DNA of 32,000 bases. Source: Archaeoglobus fulgidus DSM 4304 (GTDB taxonomy: Archaea > Halobacteriota > Archaeoglobi > Archaeoglobales > Archaeoglobaceae). Of this stretch, positions 27,753-32,000 are shown in pieces. A program made the translations under genes and the position numbers. Each line of letters begins with the position of its first letter. The stretch's first letter is position 1. Below the pieces are notes generated by a model. That model was given only the letters and a program-made list of their open reading frames with translations. It was not told where the DNA came from and did not search any database. The stretch is taken from contig NC_000917.1 of the NCBI RefSeq assembly GCF_000008665.1, positions 420,001-452,000 of the forward strand, given 5' to 3'.

Positions 27753-28078
27753 AGGGTTTGCCACCATCACTGAGAAGCAGAAAAAGATATATTGCCTTCA
27801 GGATTATAGCTGAAAAAAAGATCGACGAGAGGTCACTTTCCCGCGCTCTCTCAGAGAAAATGCTGAGCCTGTTCGGAGAGTGCTTTGCAGCCAGCGGACT
27901 CAGGCTGGAAGCATTCGACGGAGAGAGGGGGATAGTAAGGTGCTACAGGGAAGCGCTCGATAAGGTGATGGTGGCTCTCACGTTAATGACGCACGTGGGA
28001 GGTGTGAGGGTAATCCCGCTGACATTGGGTGTCAGCGGTACAATAAAAAGGTGTAAAAGAAAGTATTTGGAGGTGTGA
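27749..28078 (+). CDS. rnp2: RNase P protein component 2 (Pop5/Rnp2)
   Basis: GTG start; VKGLPPSLRSRKRYIAFRI...; GIVRCYREALDKVMVALTLM; GVSGTIKRCKRKYL; immediately upstream of psmA. Confidence 0.88.
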   Translation: MKGLPPSLRSRKRYIAFRIIAEKKIDERSLSRALSEKMLSLFGECFAASGLRLEAFDGERGIVRCYREALDKVMVALTLMTHVGGVRVIPLTLGVSGTIKRCKRKYLEV

Positions 28079-28080
28079 AC

Positions 28081-28821
28081 ATGCATTTACCGCAAATGGG
28101 ATATGATAGGGCAATAACGGTATTCAGCCCTGATGGAAGACTGTTCCAGGTGGAATACGCCAGAGAGGCTGTAAAAAGAGGAGCAACGGCTATAGGCATT
28201 AAGTGCAAAGAGGGTGTCATCCTGATAGCTGATAAGAGGGTAGGCAGCAAGCTTCTCGAGGCGGACACGATTGAGAAGATATACAAGATTGACGAGCACA
28301 TCTGTGCCGCAACATCTGGACTAGTGGCGGATGCAAGGGTGCTTATCGACAGGGCGAGAATAGAGGCCCAGATTAACAGGCTTACCTACGATGAGCCTAT
28401 AACGGTGAAGGAGCTTGCAAAGAAAATCTGCGACTTCAAGCAGCAGTACACTCAGTACGGAGGTGTAAGGCCCTTTGGCGTTTCGCTTCTCATCGCCGGT
28501 GTCGATGAGGTTCCGAAGCTATACGAAACTGACCCAAGCGGTGCCCTGCTGGAGTACAAGGCAACGGCCATAGGTATGGGCAGAAATGCAGTTACCGAGT
28601 TCTTCGAAAAGGAGTACCGCGATGACCTCAGCTTCGATGACGCCATGGTTCTCGGACTCGTTGCAATGGGACTTTCCATTGAATCGGAGCTCGTCCCGGA
28701 GAACATCGAGGTTGGCTACGTTAAAGTTGACGACAGAACCTTCAAGGAAGTGTCTCCTGAGGAGCTCAAGCCTTACGTGGAGAGAGCGAACGAGAGGATT
28801 AGGGAGCTGCTGAAGAAGTGA
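28081..28821 (+). CDS. psmA: 20S proteasome alpha subunit
   Basis: MGYDRAITVFSPDGRLFQVEYAREAVKRGATAIGIK signature. Confidence 0.97.
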   Translation: MHLPQMGYDRAITVFSPDGRLFQVEYAREAVKRGATAIGIKCKEGVILIADKRVGSKLLEADTIEKIYKIDEHICAATSGLVADARVLIDRARIEAQINRLTYDEPITVKELAKKICDFKQQYTQYGGVRPFGVSLLIAGVDEVPKLYETDPSGALLEYKATAIGMGRNAVTEFFEKEYRDDLSFDDAMVLGLVAMGLSIESELVPENIEVGYVKVDDRTFKEVSPEELKPYVERANERIRELLKK

Positions 28822-28824
28822 AGT

Positions 28825-29529
28825 ATGGTATCCCTCGATAAGGCAGTAATCGCAAGGCTCAGAAAGGGCGGAGAGGAGTTTGAGGTCCTCGTTGACCCCT
28901 ACTTAGCCAGAGACCTCAAGGAAGGAAAGGAGGTCAACTTCGAGGACCTCCTCGCCGCAGAGGAAGTGTTCAAAGACGCGAAAAAGGGCGAGAGGGCCTC
29001 GGTGGACGAGCTGAGGAAGATATTTGGCACAGACGACGTTTTCGAGATTGCCAGGAAAATCATACTCGAAGGAGAGGTTCAGATAACCGCCGAGCAGAGA
29101 AGGGAAATGCTCGAGGCGAAAAGAAAGCAGATCATCAACTTCATAAGCAGAAATACGATTGATCCGAGAACGAACGCTCCACACCCTCCCTCAAGGATCG
29201 AGAGGGCCTTAGAGGAGGCGAAGGTTCACATCGACATTTTCAAGTCCGTTGAAGCTCAGGTAAAGGATATCGTAAAAGCTCTAAAGCCAATTCTTCCGCT
29301 GAAGTTTGAGGAAATGGAAATTGCCATTAAAATACCGCCTGAACACACTGGAAGGGCTATCTCCGCCCTGTATAACTTTGGAGGCGTGACAAGGGAGGAA
29401 TGGCAGAGGGATGGAAGCTGGATTTGCGTGATGCGCATACCATCCGGAATGTACGGTGACCTGATGGACCTGCTTGGAAAAGTCGCGAAAGGAGAGGCTC
29501 TGACAAAGGTTTTGAGGAGGATAGGATAA
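28825..29529 (+). CDS. Ribosome maturation protein SDO1/SBDS homologue
   Basis: [18 protein letters not shown]...; [22 protein letters not shown]; [20 protein letters not shown]. Confidence 0.95.
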
Positions 29530-30200
29530 TGAGGAAGATAGTACTGCCAGGAGATTTGCTTTCCACAAATCCACGTGCCGCAGGTTACGGAACGTACGTG
29601 GAAGGTGGGAAAGTTTACGCAAAGATAATAGGCCTTTTTGATCAAACCGAGACTCACGTTAGGGTAATCCCTCTGAAGGGGAGGTACACACCTTCCGTTG
29701 GGGATGTTGTGATCGGCATAATAAGGGAGGTTGCCGCCAACGGCTGGGCTGTTGACATTTACTCACCCTATCAGGCCTTTTTGCCTGTAAGCGAGAATCC
29801 GGAAATGAAGCCGAACAAGAAACCGAATGAAGTTTTGGATATAGGTGATGCGATCATAGCAAAGGTTCTGAACATTGACCCAAAAATGAAGGTCACTCTG
29901 ACCATGAAAGACAGAATCTGCAGGCCGATAAGGTTCGGCAGGATCGTTGCCATCAACCCTGCAAGGGTTCCGAGAGTCATCGGCAAAAAGGGGAGCATGA
30001 TAAAGCTGCTGAAGAGCGAGCTCGACGTTCAGATCGTCGTTGGGCAGAACGGTCTGATATGGGTGAACGGAGACCGCAGAAAAGTTTCCATCGCCGAGGA
30101 GGCAATCTACCTTATCGAGCAGGAGGCTCATACGGAAGGTTTAACAGATAGGGTTGCAGAATTTATAAAGAGGAGGAAGGCAGATGTCGGAATTCAATGA
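29529..30200 (+). CDS. rrp4: Exosome complex RNA-binding protein Rrp4
   Basis: [11 protein letters not shown]; S1 domain; KH motif [10 protein letters not shown]. Confidence 0.95.
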
Positions 30201-30960
30201 AAAACCAGAAAAGTTAATTGTAGATGGTTTAAGGCTCGATGGAAGGAAATTCGACGAGCTCAGACCAATTAAAATTGAGGCAAGCGTTTTAAAAAGGGCT
30301 GACGGGTCTTGCTACCTTGAAATGGGGAAGAACAAGGTAATTGCAGCGGTTTTCGGGCCGAGAGAAGTGCATCCAAGACACCTTCAGGATCCGAGCAAGG
30401 CCATCATAAGATACAGATACAACATGGCTCCTTTCAGCGTTGAAGAGCGAAAGAGGCCGGGGCCTGACAGAAGGAGCATTGAAATCTCCAAGGTCAGCAA
30501 GGAGGCCTTTGAGGCGGTGATTATGAAAGAACTCTTTCCTAGAAGTGCGATTGACATTTTTGTCGAGGTTTTGCAGGCTGATGCGGGAAGCAGGACAGCC
30601 TGCCTGAATGCTGCAAGCGTTGCGCTCGTCGATGCCGGAGTGCCTATGAAGGGAATGATCACGTCCGTTGCGGTGGGGAAGGCTGACGGACAGCTCGTCC
30701 TCGACCCAATGAAAGAGGAGGACAATTTTGGTGAGGCCGACATGCCCTTCGCATTCCTCATCAGAAACGGAAAGATTGAGTCCATTGCACTTCTCCAGAT
30801 GGACGGCAGAATGACGAGGGATGAGGTAAAGCAGGCGATTGAGCTTGCGAAGAAGGGAGCACTGCAGATTTACGAGATGCAGAGGGAGGCGATACTCAGG
30901 AGGTACATAGAGGTAGGAGAGGAGATGGACGAGATAACAGAGGGTGGTGAAGATGCCTGA
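30184..30960 (+). CDS. rrp41: Exosome complex catalytic subunit Rrp41
   Basis: [46 protein letters not shown], RNase PH fold. Confidence 0.95.
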
Positions 30961-31732
30961 AGACATCCTTGTGGACATTAAAAGGGACTACGTTCTGTCG
31001 AAGCTGAGGGACAACGAGAGGATAGACGGCAGAGGTTTCGACGAGTTCAGAAAGGTAGAGATAATACCGAATGTCATAGAGAAGGCTGAAGGTTCGGCGC
31101 TTGTCAAGCTGGGTGACACGCAGGTAGTGGTTGGAGTTAAAATGCAGCCGGGCGAGCCCTATCCGGACACCCCCGACAGGGGGGTTATAATCGTCAACGC
31201 CGAGCTCGTTCCTCTTGCATCGCCAACCTTCGAGCCGGGACCACCCGACGAGAACTCCATCGAACTGGCAAGAGTTGTTGACAGAGGTATCAGGGAGAGC
31301 GAGGCTGTGGACCTCTCAAAGCTCGTGATTGAAGAGGGAGAGAAGGTTTGGATCGTTTTTGTGGACATCCACGCTCTTGACGATGACGGAAACCTCCTGG
31401 ATGCTTCGGCCTTAGCTGCAATCGCCGCTCTGATGAACACCAAGGTTCCGGCAGAGAGGTTCGACCTTGGAGAGGACTACCTGCTGCCCGTCAGAGACCT
31501 TCCGGTGTCTGTGACGTCGCTGATTGTGGGTAACAAGTATCTCGTCGACCCCAGCAGGGAGGAAATGAGCGTTGGAGATACGACTCTTACAATCACAACC
31601 GACAAGGATGATAACGTCGTTGCGATGCAGAAAAGCGGTGGTTACCTGCTAGATGAAAAGCTTTTCGATGAGCTTCTGGATGTGAGCATAAACTGCGCGA
31701 GGAAGCTGAGGGAGAAATTTAAGGAAATTTAA
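30944..31732 (+). CDS. rrp42: Exosome complex subunit Rrp42
   Basis: [39 protein letters not shown]; [12 protein letters not shown]. Confidence 0.95.
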   Translation: MVKMPEDILVDIKRDYVLSKLRDNERIDGRGFDEFRKVEIIPNVIEKAEGSALVKLGDTQVVVGVKMQPGEPYPDTPDRGVIIVNAELVPLASPTFEPGPPDENSIELARVVDRGIRESEAVDLSKLVIEEGEKVWIVFVDIHALDDDGNLLDASALAAIAALMNTKVPAERFDLGEDYLLPVRDLPVSVTSLIVGNKYLVDPSREEMSVGDTTLTITTDKDDNVVAMQKSGGYLLDEKLFDELLDVSINCARKLREKFKEI

Positions 31733-32000
31733 TTTTCTTTATTATTTTGTTGTTGTTTATGAAAATTTTTTTAGTCCAAAATTGTTGTAAAGGAAACGCA
31801 ATTGTATCCATGTATGGATGCAAACACCACGAAGATTACAGAAATACTAAGAACTACGCAGCGTACTTTGCTATTTGCCCCGTTAATCTGCTCCAAACTA
31901 TAATAAGCAGTCCCAGCAAAAAACCATATTTCATGATATAGGTTACCTTCTTGTCAAATTCTTCTTTGCGTTCATGTTTTCCCACGCGTAGAATAATATG

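Noticed and set aside
30289-30978. 229-aa minus-strand ORF opposite rrp41
   Set aside because: Lies entirely opposite a clear Rrp41 gene and shows no recognisable domain.
31747-31941. 64-aa ORF after rrp42
   Set aside because: Short, in AT-rich sequence, no family motif or promoter. FLVQNCCKGNAIVSMYGCKHHE looked Cys/His-rich but gives no consistent metal-binding pattern.
1-32000. CRISPR array, transposon or prophage
   Set aside because: I saw no regularly spaced repeats, transposase, integrase or phage genes by eye. The window looks like ordinary core genome.

Overview
This window is compact archaeal chromosome. From remembered gene content and several recognisable proteins, I think it is Archaeoglobus fulgidus (about AF0461-AF0494), but I could not check this. 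Left to right it contains: a polyferredoxin split by an in-frame TAG; a small ferredoxin and a geranylgeranyl reductase; a convergent gyrA; a tRNA with anticodon CAT; a minus-strand block of 2-oxoacid:ferredoxin oxidoreductase (korG-korD-korA-korB) followed by a TRAP-TAXI transporter; an AbrB-PhoU regulator; a CopA Cu+-ATPase divergent from a TRASH-domain regulator; an ACR3-type permease with a Cys-rich AbrB protein; an AAA ATPase/MBL/MfnF-like cluster; a class II aldolase; psmB-fttA (aCPSF1); a Zn ribbon protein; a RibB-like/GTP cyclohydrolase II fusion; DUF2103 and YkgJ-like proteins; a penicillin-acylase family protein; and the rnp2-psmA-SDO1-rrp4-rrp41-rrp42 superoperon. I saw no CRISPR array or transposon. 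The best leads are the amber-interrupted polyferredoxin, the fusion with an apparently dead RibB domain, the Cys-rich AbrB/ACR3 pair, the Kor/TRAP-TAXI linkage with an internal leaderless promoter, and the degenerate GyrA box.
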